DNA of 64,000 bases, taken from NCBI GenBank assembly GCA_012510495.1, contig JAAZHX010000152.1:14857-78856 (forward strand), read 5' to 3'. The stretch comes from Smithella sp. (GTDB lineage: Bacteria > Desulfobacterota > Syntrophia > Syntrophales > Smithellaceae). How positions within the stretch are numbered: position 1 is the stretch's first letter; each line of letters starts with the position of its first letter. The notes below the pieces were generated by a model, which was not told where the DNA came from, did not search any database, and saw only the letters and a list, made by a program, of their open reading frames with translations. The translations under genes and the position numbers were made by a program. Shown in pieces: positions 38,401-46,326 of this stretch.

Positions 38401-39723
38401 GGCGAAAAAATCCCGATCAAACAAAACCCGCGGGTCAAGCTTCTTTTGTCCAACATGGGCCGGCTCTCCGCGGAGCTCGTCGGCGCGACCATCCGCGGCC
38501 TGGGCATCAACGCCCAAACCATGCCGGTACCGGACGTTTACACGCTGCAAATGGCGCGCAATCACGCCTCCGGCAAGGAATGTCTACCCTCGCATCTGGT
38601 TTTGGGCAGCGCGCTGAAATACCTGTCCTCCGACCAGTACCGCAAGGATGAAATTTACATCCTCTTCGTGCCGACAACCACGGGGCCCTGCCGGACCGGC
38701 CAGTACTTTGTATTCTACGAAAACCTCTTCCGTGACCTGCGCCTGGAAAACGTCGTCGTCTTCACGCTGGAAGCGGACAATTCCTACAACGAACTCGGAC
38801 CGGAATTTACCAAATACGCCTGGTGGGCGGCCGTCATCGGCGACTACATGAAAGATGTGGAAACGTCGCTGAGAACGTGCGCCGCCGATCCCGCCGGGGC
38901 CATGAAAATCTACGATCAGATCTGGCAGAAAATGCTGGACGTGGCCGAACAAGATATTACGCGGGTTTTACCGGTTCTGAAGGAGATCGCCCAAACCATC
39001 TCCAAAATACCGCTGGCCAGAAAAATGGAGGATTGCCCCAAGGTGCTGATTGTCGGCGAAATCTACGTCCGCCGCGACGACTTCGCCGTGGATGAACTGA
39101 TCGGGCAGTTCAGCCGCCACGGCATTGTCGGCAAGGTGTCGAACGTCATCGAGTGGTTCTACTACTGCGATTTTGTCCGCCACTACGAACTCAAAAAGCG
39201 GCTCAACCTGCTGCCCTGGCGCCGGCGCGTCTTTGCGCGGGAATTCCGGGATATCCTCGGCTGGCGCATCGAGCATCTCTACAAAAAGCGCGTGGAAAAA
39301 AACATCCGTGAAACGCTGGGGGCGACCGGCCTGGTGCCGCGCACGCCGCATGACATGCAGGCCATCATGAAAAACACAGAAAAGCATTTCGTCAGCCATG
39401 AACTGCATTCGGAGATCGCTATTTCCAGCGGCGTCGCCGCCACGGCCATGATGGACGGTTACTCCGGCATCGTCAATATCTCTCCCTTCGCCTGCCTGAT
39501 CGGCCGCGTCATCGAGGGCCTCTATACTCCCTGGGCCAGGGAAAGAAAGTATCCGACCATCTCCATCGAAATCGACGGAAACCTGCTTCCGCCCAATGTG
39601 CTTGCCAAACTGGAAATTTTCATGCTCAACGTGAAGCGGTTCCGGGGCAAGGGGGATGTCTCCACCATGGTGGAGCGCGCAAGCGTGCAATCTCCGTCCC
39701 TTGACCGGAAAATCATCCGGTAA
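35413..39723 (+). CDS. giant fusion protein: two BcrAD/BadFG (HgdC-type) activase ATPase domains plus C-terminal DUF2229/2-hydroxyacyl-CoA-dehydratase-like domains
   Basis: 1436 aa. ASKHA phosphate-1 motifs occur at residues 4-12 (LGINVGSSN) and 298-307 (ILGVDGGSTTTK). Cys pairs C118/C156 and C428/C469 are spaced as the HgdC cluster ligands. A Cys motif CKACDNFCP...GGRC lies at 590-615. The C-terminal region has the 'IGIPRCFSIYTLWPLYSWFF' and 'ISNFSCAPDSF' regions typical of the family. Confidence 0.85.
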   Translation: MYSLGINVGSSNVKAALLADDRIVWSAVESHEGNFPDTLTKLLSGRILPSGTQTLATGTEGRHLLNIHSVIEPLCIEAALQNRTDSIDALVSLGGEDLVVYTIDKNNKIITSFSGNKCASGTGEFFKQQLARMNMTLDDIRHIPDDCRVLTLSSRCSVFMKSDCTHRLNKGEATTGDIVLSLSEVMALKVADFLKRAKIEKGKVLLTGGVTQNPYILRFIRERMPQIEFIVPEQAPWFEAYGAALMAASAGSPLPAPDALFKKSSVLFKRFKSLKSAQGRVTYLPSQKGKVIAGREYILGVDGGSTTTKASLIDFETSEVAASFYGRTHGDPVRALKNCLKEIQKQIREDIGDGQIRISLACTTGSSREILGVFLETPAVYNEIIAHAVGTSYYRGDIDTIFEIGGQDAKYVLLKNKVPIDYAMNEACSAGTGSFLEESAQGDLNIPEASQIGDIALAADAPLKFGEHCSAFINSDIRNAIQQGASREDITAGIVTSIVSNYLNRVVGNRTIGQNIVLQGGVAKNKAVPLAFAMLLDKNILVPPDPELMGCFGVGLLARQKFAEGFLTKQAYDLDAILATNIVYEKEFPCKACDNFCPIRVLVVNGHKYMFGGRCNKYANLRKKKAFDEASVTDYIEKRNDILFGECAPDPAALTRKKDVIIGIPRCFSIYTLWPLYSWFFHSLGVETLLSREIPQEGAARVESSYCFPAEIAHGAVQDIFNRKVDFIFLPHFRDMESYEKTAPANFCPITQGLPYYIQKAFPEIPAEKYLTPVVSFMYGLEKAAEPFVAMAADLGFGETEAKKAFAVAYEKQMECFAKFTELGKQAIEDARKAQRPVIAILGRPYNSFTGDANMGIPRKYTSRGYSVIPFDILPFADQPIYPNMYWYYGQQDMKSGTLLKNEDNIYITFISNFSCAPDSFMLHYLKWIMGAKPFLILELDSHTADAGVDTRIEAFLDIIEGYRTKIDDIREERYDNGLRFINRPGEEIHILNRATGEKIPIKQNPRVKLLLSNMGRLSAELVGATIRGLGINAQTMPVPDVYTLQMARNHASGKECLPSHLVLGSALKYLSSDQYRKDEIYILFVPTTTGPCRTGQYFVFYENLFRDLRLENVVVFTLEADNSYNELGPEFTKYAWWAAVIGDYMKDVETSLRTCAADPAGAMKIYDQIWQKMLDVAEQDITRVLPVLKEIAQTISKIPLARKMEDCPKVLIVGEIYVRRDDFAVDELIGQFSRHGIVGKVSNVIEWFYYCDFVRHYELKKRLNLLPWRRRVFAREFRDILGWRIEHLYKKRVEKNIRETLGATGLVPRTPHDMQAIMKNTEKHFVSHELHSEIAISSGVAATAMMDGYSGIVNISPFACLIGRVIEGLYTPWARERKYPTISIEIDGNLLPPNVLAKLEIFMLNVKRFRGKGDVSTMVERASVQSPSLDRKIIR

Positions 39724-39839
39724 AAAAGCGGGCGGACCACGCGCCTCTTTTAAGCCGGAGCAGCTCTTTTTTCGCTTAATCACTTTGCGTGTTTTATGGT
39801 ATGCCATTGACAAAAAACGCATGACAAGGAACCGCACCA

Positions 39840-40439
39840 TTGAGCAGCCTCGCAGACATCACCGGCATCATTCTTTCCGGCGGCAGGAACACCCGGATGG
39901 GCGTCAACAAGGCCTTTCTGGAAATCGGCTCGTCCCGCATGATGGATCAGACGCTCGACATCTTTCGCCTGCTGTTTTCCGAAATCCTCATCGTCACCAA
40001 CGACCCCCTCTCCTATCTGGAGTTTGACGACGCAGCTGTCGTGACCGACATTTACAAGGGCAAGGGGCCGCTGGGCGGAATTTATACCGGCCTTTTTTAC
40101 GCCAAAAACCCCCTTGCCTTCGCCTGCCCGTGCGACATGCCTTTCTTAAACCGGGATTTTATCGCGTATATGATCCGGCAAACGGGAAAGCACGACATCG
40201 TTGTTCCCGAGCTTTCCCACGGCTATCAACCCCTGCATGCGATTTATTCGCGCAACTGCCTGCCTTCCATCAAACGTCTGTTGCTGATGGACAAGCTCAA
40301 GATCACCGGCTTTTACCGCGACATGCGTGTGCTGGCCATCGGCGAAGAGCAGATTCGTCCGTTCAATCCGGACGGGCGTCTTTTTTCCAACCTCAACACG
40401 CCGGAGGATGTGGAAAAGCTCGCCCCCGGAAAGATTTGA
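39840..40439 (+). CDS. mobA: molybdenum cofactor guanylyltransferase
   Basis: 199 aa, TTG start; ITGIILSGGRNTRMGVNKAFLEIG...CPCDMPFL, MobA motifs. Confidence 0.85.
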   Translation: MSSLADITGIILSGGRNTRMGVNKAFLEIGSSRMMDQTLDIFRLLFSEILIVTNDPLSYLEFDDAAVVTDIYKGKGPLGGIYTGLFYAKNPLAFACPCDMPFLNRDFIAYMIRQTGKHDIVVPELSHGYQPLHAIYSRNCLPSIKRLLLMDKLKITGFYRDMRVLAIGEEQIRPFNPDGRLFSNLNTPEDVEKLAPGKI

Positions 40440-40584
40440 ATCACCGGAATATTTCCCGGCCGGTGTTTTCCCAGAGGTCAATATTTTCTTACCAGGAGAG
40501 GGGGCTGGTTTACGAAGGGCTTTCGTAATTTATCCCGAACTATTTCCATCAGCTTCGCCGTCTGATCGAAGAGTACATGGATGA

Positions 40585-40779
40585 AATGAATGTCGCCATG
40601 ACGACGGTCAGCCCCATGAACAAAGCGGGCTTTTTTCTTTCGGCACGTCGGTGGATATTACCTCTCTTGTCCTGAAAGGGAAGTGCATGAGAAACCGCGC
40701 TCTTGCCATTATCGGCATTGCGCATCCTGATTTTCGCGACCCGCTGATGCGGGAAGCGGAAAAAACGAGGCTCTTTTGA
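40585..40779 (+). pseudogene. C-terminal remnant of an acetyl-CoA hydrolase/transferase (4-hydroxybutyrate CoA-transferase-like) gene
   Basis: The stretch after an in-frame TGA reads ...GTSVDITSLVLKGKCMRNRALAIIGIAHPDFRDPLMREAEKTRLF*. This resembles the conserved family C-terminus (...GKS.RERA.ALI.IAHP.FR..L). No intact N-terminal body lies upstream. Confidence 0.35.
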
Positions 40780-40936
40780 TTTCTTTTTTTGATCGCGTTA
40801 TGCTAAACTTCAGCCGCCGGGAAGGAGGGATTCCCCGCCCGGGCAAATGGAATGTCGTCCTGGAGAACGAACAGAAAACATCAAACCAACGGCACGGGAG
40901 AAAAGCCTGCCCGGCATCGGAAAGAGGAGGAATAAG

Positions 40937-41128
40937 ATGAAACGACCTGCATCTCTGGTGATCGCGATCATCCTGTTTTTGATGGCCGTCGCCCAGTTAA
41001 TACGCTTTATCGTTGGCCTTCCGGTGACGGCCGCGGGACAGGAAATCCCCTTGTGGCCCAGCGCCTTTGCCGCCCTTGCGCTGGCGGCGCTGGCGGTCTG
41101 GCTTCTGCAGGAAAGAAAAAATTCCTGA
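40937..41128 (+). CDS. small two-TM membrane protein (hypothetical)
   Basis: ATG 40937 follows AAGAGGAGGAATAAG. The product is a 63-aa hydrophobic protein, MKRPASLVIAIILFLMAVAQLI...ALALAALAVWLL. Confidence 0.4.
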   Translation: MKRPASLVIAIILFLMAVAQLIRFIVGLPVTAAGQEIPLWPSAFAALALAALAVWLLQERKNS

Positions 41129-41201
41129 ACAGCATTAAAACCTGTCGAATTCTGGAATCGTCAAATGAATTATGCGTTTTTACGTTTTTTGCATAAAATA
41201 C

Positions 41202-41257
41202 TTGACAATCCCACCTCTTCCATGTAGAGACATCCACTCGCGAATGAATGTTCATTC
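41202..41257 (+). promoter_or_regulatory. candidate promoter plus palindromic TetR operator upstream of the efflux operon
   Basis: TTGACA (41202-41207), 17 nt, then TAGAGA. A perfect inverted repeat GAATGAA-TG-TTCATTC at 41242-41257 lies just downstream, 25 nt before the TetR start. Confidence 0.4.
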
Positions 41258-41281
41258 ACATAGTGAAACGGGCAGGGATTG

Positions 41282-41857
41282 ATGATAAAAACCGACAAGC
41301 GCGCCGATATTATGGATGTGGCCCTGAATCTGATTGCCGAGCGTGGTTTTCATGATTCTCCCATGTCTCTGATTGCCAGAGAGGCGGGTGTTGCCGCCGG
41401 AACCATTTACCGTTATTTTGAAAGCAAGGACGCCCTGATCCTCGCATTGACGCGGAATCTGGAAGACAGGATCAATGAAACAGTTCAGGACGAATATCCC
41501 GCCGGAGAATCCATCCGGGAAAAATTTCTCTACATGAACAGGGCAATACTGAAATATTTCATGAGTTATCCTCGTCATTTCCTCTATATGGAGCAGTTTT
41601 CCATCTCTCCGTACGGGATATCCAACCGCAAAGAAAAGCTTCTGGGCAAATCGGACAGAAACAAAATCATGATCGACATTTTTGAGCGCGGCGTCGAACA
41701 GGGAATTCTCAAAGCCCTGCCGATTTCCGCGATCTTCGCCCTGGCTTTCGGTCCGCTGCAAACGCTGATGCGCGATCATATTCTTGGATTTCTACGTTTG
41801 GATGAAGCGACCATTGAACAGGTTACGCAAGCGTGCTGGGATGCCATTAAAAAATAA
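41282..41857 (+). CDS. TetR/AcrR family transcriptional regulator
   Basis: HTH IMDVALNLIAERGFHDSPMSLIAREAGVAAGTIYRYFESKDALI; heads the RND operon. Confidence 0.85.
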   Translation: MIKTDKRADIMDVALNLIAERGFHDSPMSLIAREAGVAAGTIYRYFESKDALILALTRNLEDRINETVQDEYPAGESIREKFLYMNRAILKYFMSYPRHFLYMEQFSISPYGISNRKEKLLGKSDRNKIMIDIFERGVEQGILKALPISAIFALAFGPLQTLMRDHILGFLRLDEATIEQVTQACWDAIKK

Positions 41858-41872
41858 ATACAGAGGTGCCGA

Positions 41873-43066
41873 ATGAAGATTTACACCATCACCTTCCGAA
41901 TGATCGTCATCAGTCTTCTCGCCGCAGGATTTCTCCTGAACGGCTGCTCGGATAAGGGCAAGGGTGGCCCCCCTCCCCCGTCCGAAGTTTCCGTGGTAAC
42001 CATTCAGGAAAGGCAAGTTGCCACCACGACGGAACTACCGGGACGAACCTCGGCTCACCTGATTGCGGAAGTGCGACCCCAGGTGGCCGGCATCATCCAG
42101 AAGCGTCTCTTCACGGAAGGCGCCAACATCCGTGCCGGAGAGGTGCTTTTTCAGATCGATTCATCCCTCTACCAGGCGGCGCTCAATAACGCGAAAGCCT
42201 CGCTTGCCCGCTCCGAAGCGAATCTGACCACGATCCGGCTGAAAGCCGCCCGTCTGAAGGAACTGCTCGCCGAAAAAGCGGTAAGCCAGCAGGATTACGA
42301 TGATGCCGCCGCGGCCCTGAAGCAGACCCAGGCGGATATTCAGCTTGGAAAGGCCTCCGTGGAAGTGGCCCGGATCAACTTGGAACACACCACCATTACG
42401 GCCCCCATTTCCGGACGCATCGGCCGCTCCAGCGTCACACAGGGCGCCCTGGTCACCACGCACCAGTCCCAACCCATGGTCACGATTCAACAGCTGGATC
42501 CCATGTATGTGGACGTCACACAGTCCACGGCTGAAATCCTCCGTCTGCGCCGCCAGCTTCAGGAAGGCCGCATCGAAATCAGCAAGGAACATTTCGAAGG
42601 CGTCAGGCTTCTGCTGGAGGACGGCTCGGAGTATCCCTTCAGGGGCACCCTTCAGTTCCAGGACATTACCGTCGATTTGACCACCGGATCGGTCATCCTG
42701 CGCATGGTTTTTCCCAATCCGAAAGGCATTCTGCTGCCGAACATGTTCGTCCGCACAGTCATCCAAGAGGGAACCCGCAAAAACGCCATCCTCGTTCCTC
42801 AGCAGGCGGTTTCCCGCGACCCTAAAGGGAACCCCTACACGCTGATCGTGAATGCCGGGGGAAAGGTCGAAGAGAAACCGCTGACGCTCGACCGCGCCAT
42901 TGGCGACGAGTGGCTTGTTTCCGCGGGGCTGTCCGAGGGCGAGCGGGTGATCGTCGAGGGGATGCAGAAGGTAAAACCAGGCGTCTTTGTTAAGGTCGTG
43001 TCCTTTAAAAACGGTTCTGAAGAGAAACAAAAGAAGGCGACCCCGCCGGCTGCCCAGGCGAATTAA
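41873..43066 (+). CDS. RND efflux periplasmic adaptor (membrane fusion protein, AcrA-like lipoprotein)
   Basis: 397 aa with lipobox LLNGC and coiled-coil/lipoyl/beta-barrel regions typical of the HlyD/AcrA family. Confidence 0.9.
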   Translation: MKIYTITFRMIVISLLAAGFLLNGCSDKGKGGPPPPSEVSVVTIQERQVATTTELPGRTSAHLIAEVRPQVAGIIQKRLFTEGANIRAGEVLFQIDSSLYQAALNNAKASLARSEANLTTIRLKAARLKELLAEKAVSQQDYDDAAAALKQTQADIQLGKASVEVARINLEHTTITAPISGRIGRSSVTQGALVTTHQSQPMVTIQQLDPMYVDVTQSTAEILRLRRQLQEGRIEISKEHFEGVRLLLEDGSEYPFRGTLQFQDITVDLTTGSVILRMVFPNPKGILLPNMFVRTVIQEGTRKNAILVPQQAVSRDPKGNPYTLIVNAGGKVEEKPLTLDRAIGDEWLVSAGLSEGERVIVEGMQKVKPGVFVKVVSFKNGSEEKQKKATPPAAQAN

Positions 43067-43078
43067 CGGAGGCTTCTG

Positions 43079-46000
43079 ATGCTATCGAAATTTTTCCTGC
43101 AACGTCCCGTTTTTGCCTGGGTTATCGCCATTATCATCATGGCTGGCGGCCTGCTGTCAATCTACAACCTGCCCGTCTCCCAGTATCCGGAAATGGCGCC
43201 CCCTTCCATCGCGGTCTCTTCATCCTACCCCGGCGCCTCCGCAGAGACCGTGGAAAACAGCGTCACCCAGGCCATCGAACAGAAAATGACCGGCCTGGAC
43301 AATCTGATCTACATGTCCGCCTCCAGCGACTCCGCGGGCGGCTCCCGGCTGGAGCTGACGTTCGCTCCGGGAACGGACGTGGACATTGCGTGGACCAAGG
43401 TGCAAAACAAGGTCCAGACCGCCCTGCCGAGCCTCCCCGACGTGGTTCAAAACCGGGGAGTCACGGTCGCCAAATCCACGCGGAATTACCTTATGGTCGT
43501 GGCCCTGGTTTCCGAAGACGGACGCATGGATCACATCGACCTGGCAGACTATGCCACCACCAGACTCGAATCCGTCCTGGCCCGCGTGCCGGGCGTGGGC
43601 GAAGTGCAGATCTTCGGCGGCGGCTATACCATGCGCGTCTGGATCAATCCCGACAAGATGACGGAATACCACCTGACCGTTACGGATGTCATCGCGGCGC
43701 TGAAAGCCTACAACGTTGAGGTTTCCGCCGGCCAGTTCGGCGGTGCCCCGGCGATTCCCGGCCAGCGGTTGAACGCCCCCATCGTCGTCCAGAACATGCT
43801 TTCGACGCCGGAAGAGTTCGCCAACATCCCCCTGCGCACCAATACGGACGGGTCCGTTGTACGCATCGGCGATGTGGCGCGCACTGAACTGGGCTCTGAG
43901 GTTTACGACATCAAGGGCCTGACCAACGGAAAAGACGGCGTGGGCATCGCCATTCGTCAGGCCGCCGGCGCCAACGCCCTGGATACCGCCGACGCCGTCA
44001 AAGCCAAGATGGAGGAAATGAGTCGATACTTCCCCGCCGGCGTCAGCGTCTCCTATCCCATGGACACCACGCCCTTCATCAAGGTGTCCATCAATGAAGT
44101 GGTCAAGACCCTCTTCATCGCAGTCTTCCTGGTTTTTCTGGTGATGTGGCTCTTTTTGGGGAACCTGCGGGCCACCCTGATTCCCACGATCGCCGTGCCG
44201 GTGGTGCTTCTGGGAACGTTTGCGGTTCTCAAACTCTTCGGGTTCTCCGTCAACATGCTGACCATGTTCGCCATGGTGCTGGCCATCGGCCTCCTGGTGG
44301 ACGACGCTATCGTTGTTGTGGAAAACGTGGAGCGCATCATGGTCGAGGAGGGCTTGCCGCCACGGGAGGCCACGTCCAAGTCCATGGAGCAGATCACAAG
44401 CGCGCTGGTCGGCATCGGCCTGGTATTGTCGGCCGTTTTCGGTCCCATGGTTTTTTTTCCCGGCTCCACCGGCGTCATCTACCGGCAGTTTTCCGTAACC
44501 ATCATTTCCTCCATGCTCCTGTCGGTGGCCGTTGCCCTGATCCTGACGCCTGTGCTTTGCGCCGGGCTCCTCAAACCGGTGAGGGCCGGACATGAGCCGG
44601 CGGAGAATGCGCTGCCCTTTCTGCGCCCTTTTTTCCGGTGGTTTGACCGTGTGTTTTTCCGACTGCGAGACCGGTATGTGGGAATGGTCGGACACTCTCT
44701 GTCCCGAAAAAAACGCTACCTCGCCGTTTTCCTGGTGATCATTGCAGTCATGGGGGTTCTGTTCCTGCGCATGCCCACCGCCTATCTCCCGGACGAAGAT
44801 CAGGGAACCCTGATGACACAGGTAATGATGCCGACCGGATCGACGATGGAACAGACCCTGGAGGTATCCAGACAAATCGGGGACTATTTTAGAGAAAATG
44901 AAGCAGAGGTCACGGCATCCGTGTTTTCTCTCACCGGGTTCAGCTTTTCCGGACGGTCACAAAACAACGGAATGGTGTTCGTAAAGTTGAAGGATTGGGA
45001 CCTTCGCGACAAGAAGGAGCACAAAGCGAATAATGTGGCGGCAAGAGCCACGATGGCCTTTGCGAATATCCGCAACGCCCTGGTGTTTGCCTTCACTCCT
45101 CCGGCGGTTCCCGAACTGGGCATGTCCACCGGATTCGACTTTCAGCTCCTGGACCGGGGCGGCCTTGGCCATCAGGCGTTGATGGATGCGCAAAACCAGC
45201 TTTTGGGAATCATCGCCCAGGATCCGCGTGTAACGAAGGTCCGTCCCAACAGCCGGGAAGACGTGCCGGAATACCGCATCGACGTGGATTGGGAAAAGGC
45301 CGGCGCCCTGGGAATTCCCATCACCTCCATCCACCAGACGCTCTCGGCGGCTTTCGGCAGCGCCTATGTCAACGACTTCATGCAGGGCGGCCGGGTGAAA
45401 AGGGTGTACATCCAGGCGGACGCCCCCTATCGCATGTTGCCCAAGGACCTGGAGAAACTCTATGTCCGGAATACTTCAGGAAAGATGGTCCCTTTTTCGT
45501 CTTTCGCCTCCGGCCGCTGGACCTCCGGCTCTCCCCAGCTGAACCGTTTCAACGGATTCCCTTCCATTAATATCTGGGGGGAACCGGCGCCGGGAAAAAG
45601 CACGGGAGAAGCCATGCAGGCGATGGAAGAAGCGGTCGCGCAACTGCCCCAGGGGATTGGATTTGACTGGGCCGGGCTTTCCTACCAGGAGCGGATGGCC
45701 AGCTCTCTTGCGCCGGTTTTATACGCCTTTTCCATTTTCGTGATTTTTCTGTGCCTGGCGGCGCTTTATGAAAGCTGGACGATTCCCATTTCGATCCTAC
45801 TGGTGCTTCCGCTGGGCGTTATTGGCGGCATCATTGCGTCCAGCACACGCGGGCTCGCCAATGACGTTTACTTCCAGATCGGTCTTCTGACCACGCTGGG
45901 ACTCACCACGAAAAACGCCATCCTGATCGTCCAGTTCGCCAAGAGTGGGCTGGAAAAAGGCATGGGGCTTATGGAAGCGACCCTGGAGGGGGCGAAACTC

Positions 46001-46285
46001 CGCTTCCGTCCGATCGTGATGACGTCGCTGGCTTTCGGCTTCGGCGTCCTGCCGCTCGCCATGACCACGGGCGCGGGCGCGGGCGCGCAAAACGCCATTG
46101 GCACCAGCGTGCTGGGAGGCATGGTAACGGCCACGGTCCTGGTGGTTGTTTTTGCGCCTCTTTTTTATGTGTTAACGGAAATGCTTTTCGGCCGGCAGCA
46201 CAGGCAGCAGACGCGGGCAGGCAAAAGCGGAAACAACTTCTTTGCCGGGCTGAAAAATAAATTATTTAGCCGCCGGCCGAAATAA
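43079..46285 (+). CDS. RND multidrug efflux permease (HAE1, AcrB/MexB-like)
   Basis: 1068 aa; MLSKFFLQRPVFAWVIAIIIM...; 12-TM RND architecture with two large periplasmic loops. Confidence 0.95.
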   Translation: MLSKFFLQRPVFAWVIAIIIMAGGLLSIYNLPVSQYPEMAPPSIAVSSSYPGASAETVENSVTQAIEQKMTGLDNLIYMSASSDSAGGSRLELTFAPGTDVDIAWTKVQNKVQTALPSLPDVVQNRGVTVAKSTRNYLMVVALVSEDGRMDHIDLADYATTRLESVLARVPGVGEVQIFGGGYTMRVWINPDKMTEYHLTVTDVIAALKAYNVEVSAGQFGGAPAIPGQRLNAPIVVQNMLSTPEEFANIPLRTNTDGSVVRIGDVARTELGSEVYDIKGLTNGKDGVGIAIRQAAGANALDTADAVKAKMEEMSRYFPAGVSVSYPMDTTPFIKVSINEVVKTLFIAVFLVFLVMWLFLGNLRATLIPTIAVPVVLLGTFAVLKLFGFSVNMLTMFAMVLAIGLLVDDAIVVVENVERIMVEEGLPPREATSKSMEQITSALVGIGLVLSAVFGPMVFFPGSTGVIYRQFSVTIISSMLLSVAVALILTPVLCAGLLKPVRAGHEPAENALPFLRPFFRWFDRVFFRLRDRYVGMVGHSLSRKKRYLAVFLVIIAVMGVLFLRMPTAYLPDEDQGTLMTQVMMPTGSTMEQTLEVSRQIGDYFRENEAEVTASVFSLTGFSFSGRSQNNGMVFVKLKDWDLRDKKEHKANNVAARATMAFANIRNALVFAFTPPAVPELGMSTGFDFQLLDRGGLGHQALMDAQNQLLGIIAQDPRVTKVRPNSREDVPEYRIDVDWEKAGALGIPITSIHQTLSAAFGSAYVNDFMQGGRVKRVYIQADAPYRMLPKDLEKLYVRNTSGKMVPFSSFASGRWTSGSPQLNRFNGFPSINIWGEPAPGKSTGEAMQAMEEAVAQLPQGIGFDWAGLSYQERMASSLAPVLYAFSIFVIFLCLAALYESWTIPISILLVLPLGVIGGIIASSTRGLANDVYFQIGLLTTLGLTTKNAILIVQFAKSGLEKGMGLMEATLEGAKLRFRPIVMTSLAFGFGVLPLAMTTGAGAGAQNAIGTSVLGGMVTATVLVVVFAPLFYVLTEMLFGRQHRQQTRAGKSGNNFFAGLKNKLFSRRPK

Positions 46286-46326
46286 GGCGGCCGGCGCAAG
46301 CGTATATTTGTCCGAGGTTCAATGAT

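Noticed and set aside
35689-38565. 958-aa ORF on the minus strand, the second-longest ORF in the window
   Set aside because: It lies entirely antisense to the 1436-aa activase-fusion gene, whose translation shows clear conserved domains. The antisense product is an Arg/Gly/His/Val/Asp-rich string with no recognisable motifs. This is typical of stop-free antisense frames in GC-rich DNA.
39724-39839. Terminator after the 1436-aa gene
   Set aside because: Only weak, imperfect stems are present (GCGGGCGGACCACGCGCC; GAGCAGCTC followed by TTTTTT). These are not convincing enough to annotate, and co-transcription with mobA cannot be excluded.
43220-44875. 551-aa minus-strand ORF inside the RND pump gene
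   Set aside because: It is antisense to an unmistakable AcrB-like permease, and its composition (Gly/His/Arg/Asp runs) is non-protein-like. The other long shadow ORFs fail for the same reason. They are 13719-15284 (antisense to ffh), 49527-50972, 51372-53063, 55048-56667 (antisense to valS), and 61728-63311 and 63318-63881 (antisense to ileS).
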